64,000 nucleotides of DNA from Syntrophorhabdaceae bacterium (lineage in GTDB: Bacteria; Desulfobacterota; Syntrophorhabdia; Syntrophorhabdales; Syntrophorhabdaceae), in assembly GCA_963666485.2 (NCBI GenBank), contig CAXXUO010000008.1:112132-176131 (forward strand). Direction: 5' to 3'. Position 1 is the stretch's first letter; each line of letters starts with the position of its first letter. Shown here piece after piece: positions 33,389 through 44,576 of the stretch. The notes under the pieces were generated by a model. The model worked only from the letters and a program-made list of their open reading frames with translations, did no database searches and was not told the DNA's origin. The position numbers and the translations under genes are program-made.

Positions 33389-34081
33389 TCAGTCCGCGGC
33401 AACAAGCCGGTACCCGACCCCCGGCTCGGTGATGATGTACGCGGGCTGCGACGGATCTTCCTCGATCTTGCGCCGCAGCTGCCCTATGTAGACACGCAGG
33501 TACTGGGAGTGCTCCTGGTAGTTGGACCCCCAGATCTCGAGAAGCAGCTGCCGGTGGGTAACCACCCTGCCCGCCTTCTGGGCGAGGTATTTCAGGACCT
33601 CGTATTCGGTCGGGGTCAGTTTTACTTCCTCTCCCCGGACCGTCACGCTCCTGCGGGCAAGGTCAAGGGAAAGCTCCCCGAAGCTGAGGACAGGCTCATC
33701 CCCCGAACGGGCTATGCGGCGCAGGGCGGCCCGTAAACGGGCGAGCAATTCGGCCATGCTGAAGGGCTTGGTGACATAATCGTCGGCCCCGGCGTCCAGG
33801 GCCTTGATCTTGTCGTCCTCGTGCTCCCGAACGGACAGGACAATGACGGGCACCTGCGTCCATTCGCGCAGCCGCCCGATGACCTCGATCCCGTCCATAT
33901 CGGGCAGCCCCAGGTCCAGGATGACAACGTCAGGGTGGAATATCGACGTCTGGCTCAGGCCTTCGTGGCCGGAAGCCGCCTCGGCGATGTCATACCCGTA
34001 GCCTTCCAAAGCGGCCTTTAACATTCTCCGTATCTGCTTTTCATCGTCCACAACAAGGATCCGTGCTCCGTCCGCCGACAT
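33389..34081 (-). CDS. kdpE: OmpR-family response regulator KdpE
   Basis: LDLGLPDMDG, VVTHRQLLLEIWG, YLRVYIGQLRRKIE, TEPGVGYR. Confidence 0.93.
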   Translation of the reverse strand: MSADGARILVVDDEKQIRRMLKAALEGYGYDIAEAASGHEGLSQTSIFHPDVVILDLGLPDMDGIEVIGRLREWTQVPVIVLSVREHEDDKIKALDAGADDYVTKPFSMAELLARLRAALRRIARSGDEPVLSFGELSLDLARRSVTVRGEEVKLTPTEYEVLKYLAQKAGRVVTHRQLLLEIWGSNYQEHSQYLRVYIGQLRRKIEEDPSQPAYIITEPGVGYRLVAAD

Positions 34082-34093
34082 TATCGTTCCTTT

Positions 34094-35665
34094 TTAAGAA
34101 TTTTCCTTTTCCGGCAAATCCCCGGCAACGGCCAGGGAAAAGCTGAAGCTGTTGCCATGCTCCGGTGAGGGGTCTATCCATATGCGGCCTCCGTGGGCCT
34201 CTATGATGCCCTTGCAGATGAACAGGCCGAGCCCCGTACCGCTGACATGCTGCGATGATCTTTGCCGGTAGAATTTATCGAAGATATGTTCCTGCTCGCC
34301 TCCCGGGATGGAAGGCCCCGCGTTTGACACGGTCACAACCAGGTCCTTTTCGCGAACGGCGACCGAGATCGAGACGGGAACGTCCGGCGGGGAATACTTT
34401 GCGGCATTTTCAAGGAGATTTATCAGGACCTGCTCTATGAGGATAAAATCGGCCATGACGGATGGAACGTCCGGCGGTATGTCAACTTTGACCGGGTGGC
34501 CCGTCAACGTGTCCCGCATCTCCCTGAGCACCACGCCGATAATGTCCTGGATATCACACGGTCTCATGTTCAGTTTCAGGGTGCCGCTTTCCAGGCGCAC
34601 CATGTCGAGAAGGTTCTCCACAAAACGGTTCATGCGGCGGGCCTCTTCCCGTATCGTGCCGAGGAGCACCTCCCGCGTGGCGGGGGTATATATGTCCTTT
34701 TCCTCGATAAGGCTGGTCACGGCCCCCATGATCGACGCGAGCGGCGTCCTGAAATCATGGGAGATGGAGTTAAGAAGGGTCCTGTGCAGCTTTTCGGACT
34801 CCGCCAACCATTTGGCCTGCTCGGCCTCTTTTGCGAGCTCGAGCCGGACTATTATCACAGCGGCGAGGTTGCTCAAGGTCTCGATGAGCTGGGTCTGTTC
34901 CGGGGAAAGGGACAACGCCTCATTCCCGGGCCTTATGCCAAGAACGGCCAGCGTTCTTTCTTCAGCCTTCACGGGAAAGAAGAACAGCGACTTCTCACCC
35001 TCGAAGATCCCGAGACCTCTGCCGGCAGGGCGGCCCTGCTCGAACACCTGGCGGGCGACCGCATATTCCTTCTTGTCGAGGAATGTGTCGGCCGCTTCGG
35101 AGGCCACCTGCTCCATGGTATTGGTGTCCCGGTTATGCACGAGGACTATCGCCTTCCCGTCAACGATCCCGGCAACCTTATCGACAAATGTTTTCAGGAC
35201 CTGGTCAAGCTCGGTCGTCGCGGCTATCTCGCGGCTGAGGTCGTATAATGCGAGCGTTCTTTCTTCGCGTTCCGTGGCTTTACGCGTCTCGTCCCTCAGT
35301 TTGGTTGCCAGCGTGCTCGTAACGATTGCCACGAGGAGAAAGATAACGAGGATGAAGACATGCTGGATGTTGGCAACCTCGAAGGTGAATATTGGCGGCA
35401 CAAAGAAAAAATTAAACGCAAGAACGCCGAGGAATGACCCGAGGAACGCCGGGCCGCGTCCCCAGCGGACGGCGCTTATCAGGACGGGCAGGAGATAAAT
35501 AAGGGCAAGGTTGGTGAGATCGAGCCGGGGCGTTAATATCTCTCCCAGGAGAGTGACTGCGAGGATCGACAGCACGGCCCAGGCATAATTCCTGGCCGGA
35601 CTGCCGAGGAAAATGCGTTCCCGCCCGCGTCCCTGCCTGTATGGATCGTTCGTGCCTATATTCAT
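34094..35665 (-). CDS. kdpD: KdpD-type kinase, C-terminal half only (4 TM, GAF, HisKA, HATPase)
   Basis: AFNFFFVPPIFTF TM motif; LLNSISHDFRTPL; lacks the N-terminal KdpD and USP domains. Confidence 0.88.
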   Translation of the reverse strand: MNIGTNDPYRQGRGRERIFLGSPARNYAWAVLSILAVTLLGEILTPRLDLTNLALIYLLPVLISAVRWGRGPAFLGSFLGVLAFNFFFVPPIFTFEVANIQHVFILVIFLLVAIVTSTLATKLRDETRKATEREERTLALYDLSREIAATTELDQVLKTFVDKVAGIVDGKAIVLVHNRDTNTMEQVASEAADTFLDKKEYAVARQVFEQGRPAGRGLGIFEGEKSLFFFPVKAEERTLAVLGIRPGNEALSLSPEQTQLIETLSNLAAVIIVRLELAKEAEQAKWLAESEKLHRTLLNSISHDFRTPLASIMGAVTSLIEEKDIYTPATREVLLGTIREEARRMNRFVENLLDMVRLESGTLKLNMRPCDIQDIIGVVLREMRDTLTGHPVKVDIPPDVPSVMADFILIEQVLINLLENAAKYSPPDVPVSISVAVREKDLVVTVSNAGPSIPGGEQEHIFDKFYRQRSSQHVSGTGLGLFICKGIIEAHGGRIWIDPSPEHGNSFSFSLAVAGDLPEKENS

Positions 35666-35740
35666 TTCCCTCGTGGCTTTACCGACATTATACTACAAAA
35701 GCGGCCGGATAGATCGAAACACAAAGGGGAGCACGGAACG

Positions 35741-36133
35741 TTATTCGTAATCGCTCGGATTGAGGGCGAGTTTCAAGCCTTCCGCGCCTTTTAGAAGGAC
35801 AATGGAACTGTGCGCTCCTTTTACGGTCACATCCACCCGGATATGCTTATCGAAGCTCTTTTCCGAGGCGTAGCGCGTGTTCGTCCACGCCACGTATCCG
35901 AAGCCTTTCGATGCGATATCTTTTTTCGCATCATCCTTGAACGCTTCTTTCGCCTTGTCGTCGGCGAGTTGGGTCATTTTGACGAGAAGATCGACCTTCC
36001 CGTCCTTGTAGGCCGCGGAATATTTCTGCACAAAATCCTGCGCCGTATTTGCCGACGGGTCCCCGGATGAACCGCAGGACAAGGCAAAGAACATGCACAG
36101 CACGCCAATGATGATCGAACCGGTCACTCTCAC
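35741..36133 (-). CDS. Hypothetical lipoprotein
   Basis: Hydrophobic signal ending ALSC. Confidence 0.7.
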   Translation of the reverse strand: MRVTGSIIIGVLCMFFALSCGSSGDPSANTAQDFVQKYSAAYKDGKVDLLVKMTQLADDKAKEAFKDDAKKDIASKGFGYVAWTNTRYASEKSFDKHIRVDVTVKGAHSSIVLLKGAEGLKLALNPSDYE

Positions 36134-36244
36134 TGAAACCTCCCGAAAAGTTGAATTCTTGCCTGGCTACAAGGCATTCTACCCGATGGAGCAAAAAATA
36201 CTCAATTGATAATTCCCAAGAGATACGATATGTATTCATCATAT

Positions 36245-36706
36245 ATGAAAAAGATAGCGGCCATCGGCATCCTTATCCTGTTTATCGGCACCGGTATCGC
36301 CTGTCATAAGGAAGACGAGAAGGAAAAGATAAAGAAGGTCATCACGGGGGTCCAGGCGGCCGTCGAAGAAAAGAACATCAGGGGCGTAACAGGCTATATC
36401 GCGAAAAACTACAGCGATCCGCAGGGAAACAATTTCGAAACCCTCCGGGGAATGCTGCTCGGCTATTTCTTCCGGTATCCGAAGATTTCAGGGTATATCA
36501 CCCACCTTGACATATCAGTGAACGGCGCATCCGCAAAAGCCACCCTCAAGGCCATCCTGACAAGCAGCCAGAAAACGGGCTCGGTGACCGACGTTGTCCC
36601 CGAACAGCTCGGAGTGTACCGGTTTGACGTCGAGTTCAACAAAGGGTCCGGCGACTGGAAGATAACGTCTGCCCGGTGGTCCCAGGTCAATCTGCAAGAT
36701 CAATAA
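36245..36706 (+). CDS. Hypothetical lipoprotein, NTF2-like fold suspected
   Basis: MKKIAA...GIAC lipobox; C-terminal GDWKITSA. Confidence 0.7.
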   Translation: MKKIAAIGILILFIGTGIACHKEDEKEKIKKVITGVQAAVEEKNIRGVTGYIAKNYSDPQGNNFETLRGMLLGYFFRYPKISGYITHLDISVNGASAKATLKAILTSSQKTGSVTDVVPEQLGVYRFDVEFNKGSGDWKITSARWSQVNLQDQ

Positions 36707-36727
36707 TTAAATAGAATATCGTTAGTT

Positions 36728-36754
36728 TAAGTTATCCGACGACACGGCCGATAT
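36728..36754 (+). promoter_or_regulatory. Sigma28 (FliA)-type promoter of cheD
   Basis: TAAG-N15-GCCGATAT. Confidence 0.75.
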
Positions 36755-36813
36755 ACTGTCAGGACCTCCCGGCACGCGTGTTTCTTTGGTGCCCGGGGAC
36801 CCGGGGACCCGCC

Positions 36814-37431
36814 ATGAATGTCAGGACCATTGGCTCAAAGACGACCGTAACCATTATGCCCGGTGAGTATTACGTATCGAGGAAAGATGATATCGTGATC
36901 GGTACCATACTCGGTTCCTGCGTGTCGGCCTGCCTCTATGACCCTGTCAGCCGCATCGTAGGAATGAACCATTTTCTGCTGAGCGGCAGGCAAAACAACC
37001 CCGTGGACGGAGTATGGCAGTCCGAAGCGGGACGATACGGTGTCCATTCGATGGAGATCATTGTAAACGGCATGTTAAAGCTCGGTGCCAACAGGGGGAC
37101 TTTGCGCGCCAAGGCCTTCGGCGGGGCATCGGTCCTTCCGGTGACAAACCGGGCGAGCGCCTTCGCGAGTGTCGGCGAAATGAATGCGCGATTTGTCCTG
37201 CAATTCCTAAGGACTGAGGGTATACGGCTTATTTCTTCGGACCTCGGCGGCTGTGAAGGACGGGCGATACGCTTTCACTCCGATGATTTTTCAGTCTACC
37301 AGAGAAAGATAAAGCGGGTGGTCATGCCCGACCTTGCGACGCGCGAAGAACAATACTGGCGCAGGGAGGCCGAAAAACGCTACACCGAGCCGGAGATCTG
37401 GAATGTCAGAAAAGTAAGGAGTGAGGAGTGA
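36814..37431 (+). CDS. cheD: Chemoreceptor glutamine deamidase
   Basis: PGEYYV, TILGSCVSAC, GMNHFLL, AKAFGGA, DLGG. Confidence 0.93.
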   Translation: MNVRTIGSKTTVTIMPGEYYVSRKDDIVIGTILGSCVSACLYDPVSRIVGMNHFLLSGRQNNPVDGVWQSEAGRYGVHSMEIIVNGMLKLGANRGTLRAKAFGGASVLPVTNRASAFASVGEMNARFVLQFLRTEGIRLISSDLGGCEGRAIRFHSDDFSVYQRKIKRVVMPDLATREEQYWRREAEKRYTEPEIWNVRKVRSEE

Positions 37432-37531
37432 GGAAAAAGCGGTTCCACGTTCCACGTTCAAAAAAAATACATCCCGGGATCGGGTGTTTACCCGGCTATA
37501 ACCCCTTAACATTCCTTACTCTTTACTACTA
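37412..37531. repeat. Short inverted heptamer arrays (AGTRAGG vs CYTTACT) with internal (TTCCACG)2
   Basis: Visible directly downstream of cheD. Confidence 0.55.
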
Positions 37532-37568
37532 TTTTCTCTATGTCTGAGCAAAAACTATCCCAAAAATA

Positions 37569-37595
37569 TTAAGTAAAACCTAATCATACCGATAA
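37569..37595 (+). promoter_or_regulatory. Sigma28-like promoter of the STAS-cheA operon
   Basis: TTAAG-N14-ACCGATAA. Confidence 0.55.
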
Positions 37596-37665
37596 TATTT
37601 CCAGAGCGAACGATAAGAATTTAATTCTTTCGTGAAAAATAGAGCGATGGAAGGGGTTCATTATC

Positions 37666-38010
37666 ATGGAAGGTACAGCAATACGTAACGCGGACGGAAT
37701 TACCCTGAAAGTTTCCGGCAGGGCCACGATCGCGGATGCAGACGATCTCTTGCAATTATTGATGAAAGAGTCCCCGCCGGGGAGCAGCGTCACGATCGAT
37801 CTTGCCGGTGTCACGGAATGTGATCTTTCCCTGTTCCAGCTCTTGTGCGCAGCACACAAGCGGTCGATAAGGACGTCGGGGTCCATGAACCTGCTTCATT
37901 GCCCGGACGCGGTGTACGAGACCCTCGTTTCCGCCGGGATTCTGCGTATCCACGGCTGTACCGGCAATGACAACGACACGTGCCCCTGGCACGAAGCAAG
38001 AAAAGGATGA
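37666..38010 (+). CDS. STAS domain protein
   Basis: IDLAGVTECDLSLFQLLCAAHK; overlaps the cheA start. Confidence 0.85.
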   Translation: MEGTAIRNADGITLKVSGRATIADADDLLQLLMKESPPGSSVTIDLAGVTECDLSLFQLLCAAHKRSIRTSGSMNLLHCPDAVYETLVSAGILRIHGCTGNDNDTCPWHEARKG

Positions 38011-40127
38011 CTTTATCCATGACCGAAGACATGCATGTTCAGGCGTTTATCGAAGAGGCGTTTGAGCTCCTGGCAACCCTTGAGGAATCTCTCCTTGAAC
38101 TTGAGGAGGACCCCGGCAATACGGAACTGATCGGGCGGGTGTTCCGTTCACTGCACACGATCAAAGGCTCCGGCTCCATGTTCGGGTTCGACACAATGGC
38201 GGGTTTCACGCACACCATAGAGACAACGTTTGATAAGGTGCGCGAAGGAGAGCTCGGGGTAACCCCGGAACTTGTGAGCCTGACGCTCAGGGCGAAAGAC
38301 CTGATACGCGCTATGATCGAATCCCCCGGAGAATCATCGTTGCCATCGGACGCACAGGCCATACTCGATGCGATCGGGGCGATAGCGCAGCGCCCCAACG
38401 GCAGCATAAACCCGGAAGCCGGGCTGTGCGCAACCGGGAGAGGGCCCGAGGGACCATCGGTCACGGATACTGAATGTACATACCGCATCCGCTTTCGGCC
38501 GTCCCGCGGGATATTTCTCACCGGCACCAACCCCCTGCTGCTTATCGATGAACTGCGCACTCTTGGTGAATTCGACGTTTTCGCACACCTCGACGAGATA
38601 CCGGAGATCGATGTCATCGAGCCCGAATCCTGCTACGTCTCCTGGGACATCATTCTCACCACGGACAGGGGAATAAATGCGATAAAAGATGTCTTCATAT
38701 TTCTCGACGATGAATCCATCGTCGATATTGCCGTGGTCGACGACAGAGATGCCCCCGACGCCGATACCGGGTATAAAAGGCTCGGCGAGATCCTGGTCGA
38801 GAGGAAAGATATCGGGGACGCCGACCTCAGGCAGGTCCTTGCCGAAAAGAAAAAGATCGGCGAAATGCTGGTCGACCGGGGCCTGGTGTCACGTGAAAAG
38901 GTCGAATCCGCACTCATCGAGCAGGAACAGGTGGCAAAGACGCGGAAGGCCTCAAGGCTCGAGCAGGAGACGGCATCAAGCATACGCGTGGCGGCGGAAA
39001 AGCTGGACACGCTCGTCAATCTTGTCGGCGAACTGGTCACCGTGCAGGCGCGCCTGACCCAGCTCGCGTCCCTTATTGACGCCCCCGACCTCGTATCTAT
39101 AGCCGAGGAGATCGAATCGCTTACGGGCGACCTTCGGGACAATACGCTGAAGATCAGGATGCTTCCCATAGGGACAACGTTCGGCAGGTTCAAGCGGCTT
39201 GTCCGTGACCTGTCGCGGGACCTCGGCCGGGAGGTCGAAATGACCACGGAAGGGGCCGAGACAGAGCTCGACAAGACCGTTATCGAACGTTTGAACGACC
39301 CGCTCGTCCATCTCATCAGGAACTCCATCGACCACGGTATCGAACCCCCCGACGTCCGCCAGGGGCTCGGGAAACCGGCAACCGGCATGCTTCACGTAAC
39401 AGCCCGTCATTCGGGGGCGCATGTCCTTATCGAGATCACCGACGACGGGGCCGGCATCGACAAGGACGTCGTCCGCCGGAAGGCCGTGGAGAAGGGGATC
39501 ATCAGCCCGGATTCCGACCTGAGCGACAAGGAAATATTGTCCCTTATCTTCGCTCCCGGTTTTTCAACCTCCGCTGCGGTGACCAGCGTATCCGGCCGCG
39601 GGGTCGGTATGGACGTCGTGAAAAGGACCATCGACAGCCTGCGGGGATCAGTCGAGGTGAGCAGCGAAAAAGGTGAAGGCACGACGGTAACATTGAAACT
39701 GCCTCTCACCCTTGCGATCATCGAGGGCCTTCTTGTCGAAATAGGCGATCAGCATTTTATACTTCCCCTGCCGCTGGTCCATGAATGCGTGGAGCTCACG
39801 CGCCTCGACGTGGAGAGATCAGGCGGAAAGGACATTGCGAACATACGGGGAGACATCGTCCCCTACATCCGGCTCCGTGACACCTTCGGCATACGCGGCC
39901 GGCGGCCCGATATCGAACAGATCGTCGTAACCGAGATAGACAGGGAAAGGATAGGTTTTGTCGTTGACCACGTGATCGGTGAACATCAGACCGTCATCAA
40001 GTCCCTGGGGAAGATTTACAGGAACGTCCATGGCATTTCGGGGGCCACCATCCTGGGAGACGGAACGGTCGCACTCATTATGGATATTGCGAGGCTCGCA
40101 GACATAAGCTACGCCAAGGCGAGCTAA
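38007..40127 (+). CDS. cheA: Chemotaxis histidine kinase
   Basis: FRSLHTIKGSG (Hpt), PLVHLIRNSIDHGIE, SGRGVGMDVV, LPLTLAII. Confidence 0.97.
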   Translation: MTLSMTEDMHVQAFIEEAFELLATLEESLLELEEDPGNTELIGRVFRSLHTIKGSGSMFGFDTMAGFTHTIETTFDKVREGELGVTPELVSLTLRAKDLIRAMIESPGESSLPSDAQAILDAIGAIAQRPNGSINPEAGLCATGRGPEGPSVTDTECTYRIRFRPSRGIFLTGTNPLLLIDELRTLGEFDVFAHLDEIPEIDVIEPESCYVSWDIILTTDRGINAIKDVFIFLDDESIVDIAVVDDRDAPDADTGYKRLGEILVERKDIGDADLRQVLAEKKKIGEMLVDRGLVSREKVESALIEQEQVAKTRKASRLEQETASSIRVAAEKLDTLVNLVGELVTVQARLTQLASLIDAPDLVSIAEEIESLTGDLRDNTLKIRMLPIGTTFGRFKRLVRDLSRDLGREVEMTTEGAETELDKTVIERLNDPLVHLIRNSIDHGIEPPDVRQGLGKPATGMLHVTARHSGAHVLIEITDDGAGIDKDVVRRKAVEKGIISPDSDLSDKEILSLIFAPGFSTSAAVTSVSGRGVGMDVVKRTIDSLRGSVEVSSEKGEGTTVTLKLPLTLAIIEGLLVEIGDQHFILPLPLVHECVELTRLDVERSGGKDIANIRGDIVPYIRLRDTFGIRGRRPDIEQIVVTEIDRERIGFVVDHVIGEHQTVIKSLGKIYRNVHGISGATILGDGTVALIMDIARLADISYAKAS

Positions 40128-40223
40128 GAAATCAAAGCAGTGAAGTAGGCTGTGTTCAGGTCGTGCCTACCATCATGCGAGAACGCTGCAAGAGAGGCCC
40201 TGGAAGGGCCGGGGAGGCTTAAA

Positions 40224-41930
40224 ATGAAACGGTTCGGCAACTGGTCAATTTCCACCAAGGTCATCAGCATATCACTTCTCACAATCATTATTATCACGTC
40301 AGGCATGGTCTTCTACTACATACCGCTGATGAAAGACAAGCTCATGGGAGAGAAAAAGGCGTCTTTACAGCATCTCATCGACTCGGCGTATTCACTTGTG
40401 ACTTTTTATGAGTCCCGGGTGAAGGCAGGGGAGATCAAGATCGAGGACGCGAAGAAACTGGCAGTTGCCAGCATAAAAGCAATACGGTATTCCGGGAATG
40501 AGTATTATTTCCTCATGGACGCCTCCGGCAAGATAATCATGCACCCGATCAATCCGCAGCTGGATGGAAAAGAAATGCTGAACGAAAAGGACCCCGAGGG
40601 CAGGTACTTTTTTCGCGAGATGACTCAAATAGCCAAAGAAAAGGGTGAAGGCTTCGTTTCCTACATGTGGCCGAAAGCCGGAAATACGAAGCCCGTCCCC
40701 AAGATAACGTATGTGAAATACAACAGGGACTGGAACATGATAGTCGGGACCGGGATCTACGTGGACGATGTGCACGCGGAGACCGCAAAGCTCCAGTGGC
40801 AGATCATCATAGCGACCGTTCTCTGCGCGGTCCTGATCATGGGCATCGCCTTCTGGGTCTCGCGCAGGATCAAGCTCGCCCTGAACGAGGCTGTCAATGT
40901 CGCCAACAATCTCGCGGCGGGCAACCTGGCGGTCGACGTCGTGGCGCGCAGTGAGGACGAGACGGGCAAACTGCTCGGAGCAATGAAGAACATGGTCGGT
41001 AAATTAAAGGAAGTGGTAGAGGGTGTGTCGACGGCCTCGGACAACGTGGCGGCGGCAAGCCAGCAGATGAGCTCGGGTGCCCAGCAGGTTTCCGAAGGTG
41101 CCACCGTTCAGGCGGCATCGGCCGAAGAGGTCTCCTCTTCCATGGAACAAATGACGTCGAACATCAAACAGAACGCAGACAATGCGCAGCAGACGGAGAA
41201 GATAGCGCTCAAGGCCGCAGCAGACGCACGGGAAGGCGGCCAGGCAGTGACAGAGACTGTATCCGCGATGAAGGACATCGCGACAAAGATATCGATCATC
41301 GAAGAAATAGCGCGCCAGACGAACCTTCTCGCACTCAATGCCGCGATAGAGGCGGCGCGCGCGGGTGAACACGGTAAAGGGTTCGCCGTCGTGGCGACAG
41401 AAGTGCGCAAGCTCGCCGAGAGAAGCCAGACCGCGGCCGCGGAGATCAGTATGCTTTCGACAACGAGCGTCGAGGTCGCCGAAAAAGCCGGTTCCATGCT
41501 GACAAGGATCGTACCGGACATCCAGAAGACGGCTGAACTGGTCCAGGAGATAAGCGCGGCCAGCAACGAGCAGAACGCCGGGGCGGAACAGATCAACAAG
41601 GCCATCCAGCAGCTCGACCATGTCATCCAGGAAAATGCCTCCGCGACCGAGGAGATGGCGTCGACCGCTGAGGAGCTTTCCTCACAGGCCGGGCATCTCC
41701 AGGACATTATCGGTTTCTTCAGGACAGGCCACGATGATCATGACCGCAAAATGCAAAAGAAACAGGCGGCACCCGCCGCGCCCGGGAATGGGAAAAAACC
41801 GCTCAGGATCGCGTCGCATAACAACGGTTCATCGAACGGGAGGAAGGCGGCGGACAACGGACATGCCGGTATCAACCTCGATATGGCAGCGGAGAATGAC
41901 CGGCTCGACTCCGAGTTCGAAAGGTTCTAG
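40224..41930 (+). CDS. Methyl-accepting chemotaxis protein with Cache sensor
   Basis: [10 protein letters not shown]...MHP...YMWPK...[30 protein letters not shown]-terminal pentapeptide EFERF. Confidence 0.95.
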   Translation: MKRFGNWSISTKVISISLLTIIIITSGMVFYYIPLMKDKLMGEKKASLQHLIDSAYSLVTFYESRVKAGEIKIEDAKKLAVASIKAIRYSGNEYYFLMDASGKIIMHPINPQLDGKEMLNEKDPEGRYFFREMTQIAKEKGEGFVSYMWPKAGNTKPVPKITYVKYNRDWNMIVGTGIYVDDVHAETAKLQWQIIIATVLCAVLIMGIAFWVSRRIKLALNEAVNVANNLAAGNLAVDVVARSEDETGKLLGAMKNMVGKLKEVVEGVSTASDNVAAASQQMSSGAQQVSEGATVQAASAEEVSSSMEQMTSNIKQNADNAQQTEKIALKAAADAREGGQAVTETVSAMKDIATKISIIEEIARQTNLLALNAAIEAARAGEHGKGFAVVATEVRKLAERSQTAAAEISMLSTTSVEVAEKAGSMLTRIVPDIQKTAELVQEISAASNEQNAGAEQINKAIQQLDHVIQENASATEEMASTAEELSSQAGHLQDIIGFFRTGHDDHDRKMQKKQAAPAAPGNGKKPLRIASHNNGSSNGRKAADNGHAGINLDMAAENDRLDSEFERF

Positions 41931-42024
41931 GACCGAACGGATAATAACCCCCTGTTGACTGCGGGGGCCTGTGCAGGCCTCCGCAGAGATAGCGTGAATG
42001 GTTCATATAAGGAGGACTTGAAAG

Positions 42025-42528
42025 ATGAGCGTGAACACGAGACAGTACCTGACATTTCAGCTCGGCGAGGAGATCTTCGCGATCGACGTCGTCAACGTCC
42101 GCGAGATACTGGAGTTCAACACGGTGACAAAGGTGCCGCAGACCCCCGATTACATGCGCGGCGTCATAAACTTGCGGGGAAGCGTCGTCCCCGTCCTCGA
42201 CATGCGCCTCAAATTCGGTATGTCCGTGACGGAAAAGACCATCAATACGTGCATTGTCGTCGTCGAGGTGGCCATGGAGGACGAGAACGTTATCATAGGC
42301 GCCCTTGTCGACTCCGTCCAGGAGGTCTTCGAACTTGACCCGGCCTCGATAGAGCCGGCACCCCGCATCGGGATACAACTCCGCAACGGCTTCATAAAGG
42401 GAATGGGCAAGAAGGATGACCGCTTTGTCATAATACTCGACATAGAGCGCGTATTCTCCCAGGAGGAACTGTCAGGCGCCGTCGAGATGTCCGACAGGCA
42501 GCCCGCCGACAGGGCCGCGAACGAGTGA
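42025..42528 (+). CDS. cheW: Chemotaxis adaptor
   Basis: QYLTFQLG, GVINLRGSVVPVLD, GALVDSVQEV. Confidence 0.95.
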   Translation: MSVNTRQYLTFQLGEEIFAIDVVNVREILEFNTVTKVPQTPDYMRGVINLRGSVVPVLDMRLKFGMSVTEKTINTCIVVVEVAMEDENVIIGALVDSVQEVFELDPASIEPAPRIGIQLRNGFIKGMGKKDDRFVIILDIERVFSQEELSGAVEMSDRQPADRAANE

Positions 42529-42711
42529 TGAAGGCCCTGAAACTTTCTCTTGATAGATTCGGCCGTTTCACGTGCCGGTGACCGGGATCGTGAAGGGCCA
42601 TGGGGACTGCCCATAGATGCTGAGAAGATAACAGGAAATATCGAGCCGGCGGATACCGCCTTCGGCTTGCGCCGGCCCGGACATTGGTGAATACCGTAAG
42701 GAGGAATTGCT

Positions 42712-44403
42712 ATGTTTTTGAGAAAAATGAAGATAGGGCTCAGACTCGGTGCCGGTTTCGGCTGCATCCTGCTGCTGCTCATCGTGCTGGCCGTTGTAGG
42801 CCTCTACAATTTCTCGAACATTAATCTCCAGTTCGAGAGGGTGGTGAACGTAAACAACGCCAAGATAGCCTTTGCCAATGAGGCACGGGGGGCGATCGAT
42901 ACCATAACGTTCCTGATATCGGAGATGGCAGTTACCCATGACCGCGACGCCGGGACCCAGGCAAAGAAAAAAATAGACGAGGCCCGGGCAACCTACAAGA
43001 AGGCCATGGAGGAACTCGAGAAACTCGAACAGCGCGAAGAAGGGAAAGCGATCATCACCAGGTTCAAGGCTGCCCTAGCAGAGGGCGCAGCGAACAACAA
43101 CAAGGTCATCGAACTGGGATTGGCAGGGAAGACGGCAGAGGCAACCCTCCTGTACGAGAAACATTCCATACCTGTCCGCAACAAGGTTGTGTCGGTCAAC
43201 AAGGAATTGATCAAGTACGTGGAAGATTTTAACCGCCTTCGCTATGATGAGGCCCACAAGGGCATGGCAATGGCGCGCATGATCTTCATGGTCATCGGGA
43301 TCGTGGCGGTCGTCGTGGGAGTTGTCCTGTCGTTCCTTCTCACGAAGGGCATTACAAAACCCCTGTCCGAGGCGCTGGGCATTTCGAACAGGCTTGCCAG
43401 GGGAGACCTGACGATGGATATCGTGGTAAGAAGCAGTGACGAAACAGGCCAGTTGCTCCACTCGATGAAGGAGATGGTGGCGAAGCTCCGCCAGATCGTT
43501 CTCGACGTGCAGTCAGCCACCGATAATGTAGCTTCGGGAAGCGAACAGATGAGTTCGTCATCACAGCAGTTGTCGCAGGGCGCCACCGAGCAGGCCGCTT
43601 CCGCCGAGGAGATCTCCTCCTCCACCGAAGAGATGGTGGCCAATATCAGCCAGAATGCCGATAACGCCCAGCGGACCGAAAAGATCGCCCTCAAAGCGGC
43701 CCAGGATGCGAAAGATGGCGGAAAGGCGGTGGAAGAGACGGTCGCCGCGATGAAGGACATAGCGACAAAGATATCGATAATCGAGGAGATCGCCCGCCAG
43801 ACGAACCTCCTTGCCCTCAACGCCGCCATAGAGGCAGCCAGGGCCGGTGAACACGGCAAGGGTTTTGCCGTTGTTGCAACGGAGGTGCGAAAACTTGCCG
43901 AAAGAAGTCAGATCGCTGCGGGGGAGATAAGCACGCTTTCGACGGCCAGTGTCGAAGTGGCGGAGAAGGCGGGTACGATGCTCACCAGGATCGTTCCTGA
44001 TATCCAGAATACCGCGGAACTTGTCAGCGAGATCAACGCGGCCTCCAACGAACAGAACAACGGTGCCGGGGAGATCAACAAGGCCATTCAGCAGCTCGAC
44101 CGGGTGATCCAGCAGAATGCCTCGGCAACGGAGCAAATGGCCTCGACATCCGAGGAACTTGCGAGCCAGGCAGCTCAACTGAGGGATACAATGGCATTCT
44201 TCCACATAGAAAACGGCGCAGCCAACGTGGCCCGGGTTTCCGGGGGAACCACATCCGGCAGGGGAAAAACATCCCGTCTTCGGGAAGACGCCGCCGGAGC
44301 CCGCGCCATTCCACAAAACGGCAACGGGTCGAAGCCGGCAGGGTTTGCCCTGGACCTCGGGAACGGGCACGACAATTTCGATGATGAGTTTGAAAGATTG
44401 TAG
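42712..44403 (+). CDS. Methyl-accepting chemotaxis protein with four-helix-bundle sensor
   Basis: [11 protein letters not shown], two TMs, HAMP, conserved signalling hairpin, terminal EFERL. Confidence 0.95.
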   Translation: MFLRKMKIGLRLGAGFGCILLLLIVLAVVGLYNFSNINLQFERVVNVNNAKIAFANEARGAIDTITFLISEMAVTHDRDAGTQAKKKIDEARATYKKAMEELEKLEQREEGKAIITRFKAALAEGAANNNKVIELGLAGKTAEATLLYEKHSIPVRNKVVSVNKELIKYVEDFNRLRYDEAHKGMAMARMIFMVIGIVAVVVGVVLSFLLTKGITKPLSEALGISNRLARGDLTMDIVVRSSDETGQLLHSMKEMVAKLRQIVLDVQSATDNVASGSEQMSSSSQQLSQGATEQAASAEEISSSTEEMVANISQNADNAQRTEKIALKAAQDAKDGGKAVEETVAAMKDIATKISIIEEIARQTNLLALNAAIEAARAGEHGKGFAVVATEVRKLAERSQIAAGEISTLSTASVEVAEKAGTMLTRIVPDIQNTAELVSEINAASNEQNNGAGEINKAIQQLDRVIQQNASATEQMASTSEELASQAAQLRDTMAFFHIENGAANVARVSGGTTSGRGKTSRLREDAAGARAIPQNGNGSKPAGFALDLGNGHDNFDDEFERL

Positions 44404-44504
44404 GAAAACGCATGACGCGCCCGGCAGACCGGGCAAGAGAGGGGCCGCCATTTCGCCGGAGAGGACCTTCTAAAGAGTTTTTCACGGTTCTGCGTCCTTT
44501 TCCC

Positions 44505-44559
44505 CTTTCACGCGCCGCGCTTGCAATGACACAAGAAATAGAGGCGCGCCGCGTGAAAG
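44505..44559. terminator. Hairpin between convergent genes
   Basis: CTTTCACGCG...CGCGTGAAAG perfect 10-bp stem, extendable; no clean U-tract. Confidence 0.4.
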
Positions 44560-44576
44560 TTCAGGACGGGAGGATG

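Noticed and set aside
41000..44200. Strong DNA similarity between the two MCP genes
   Set aside because: Ordinary conservation of the paralogous signalling domain.
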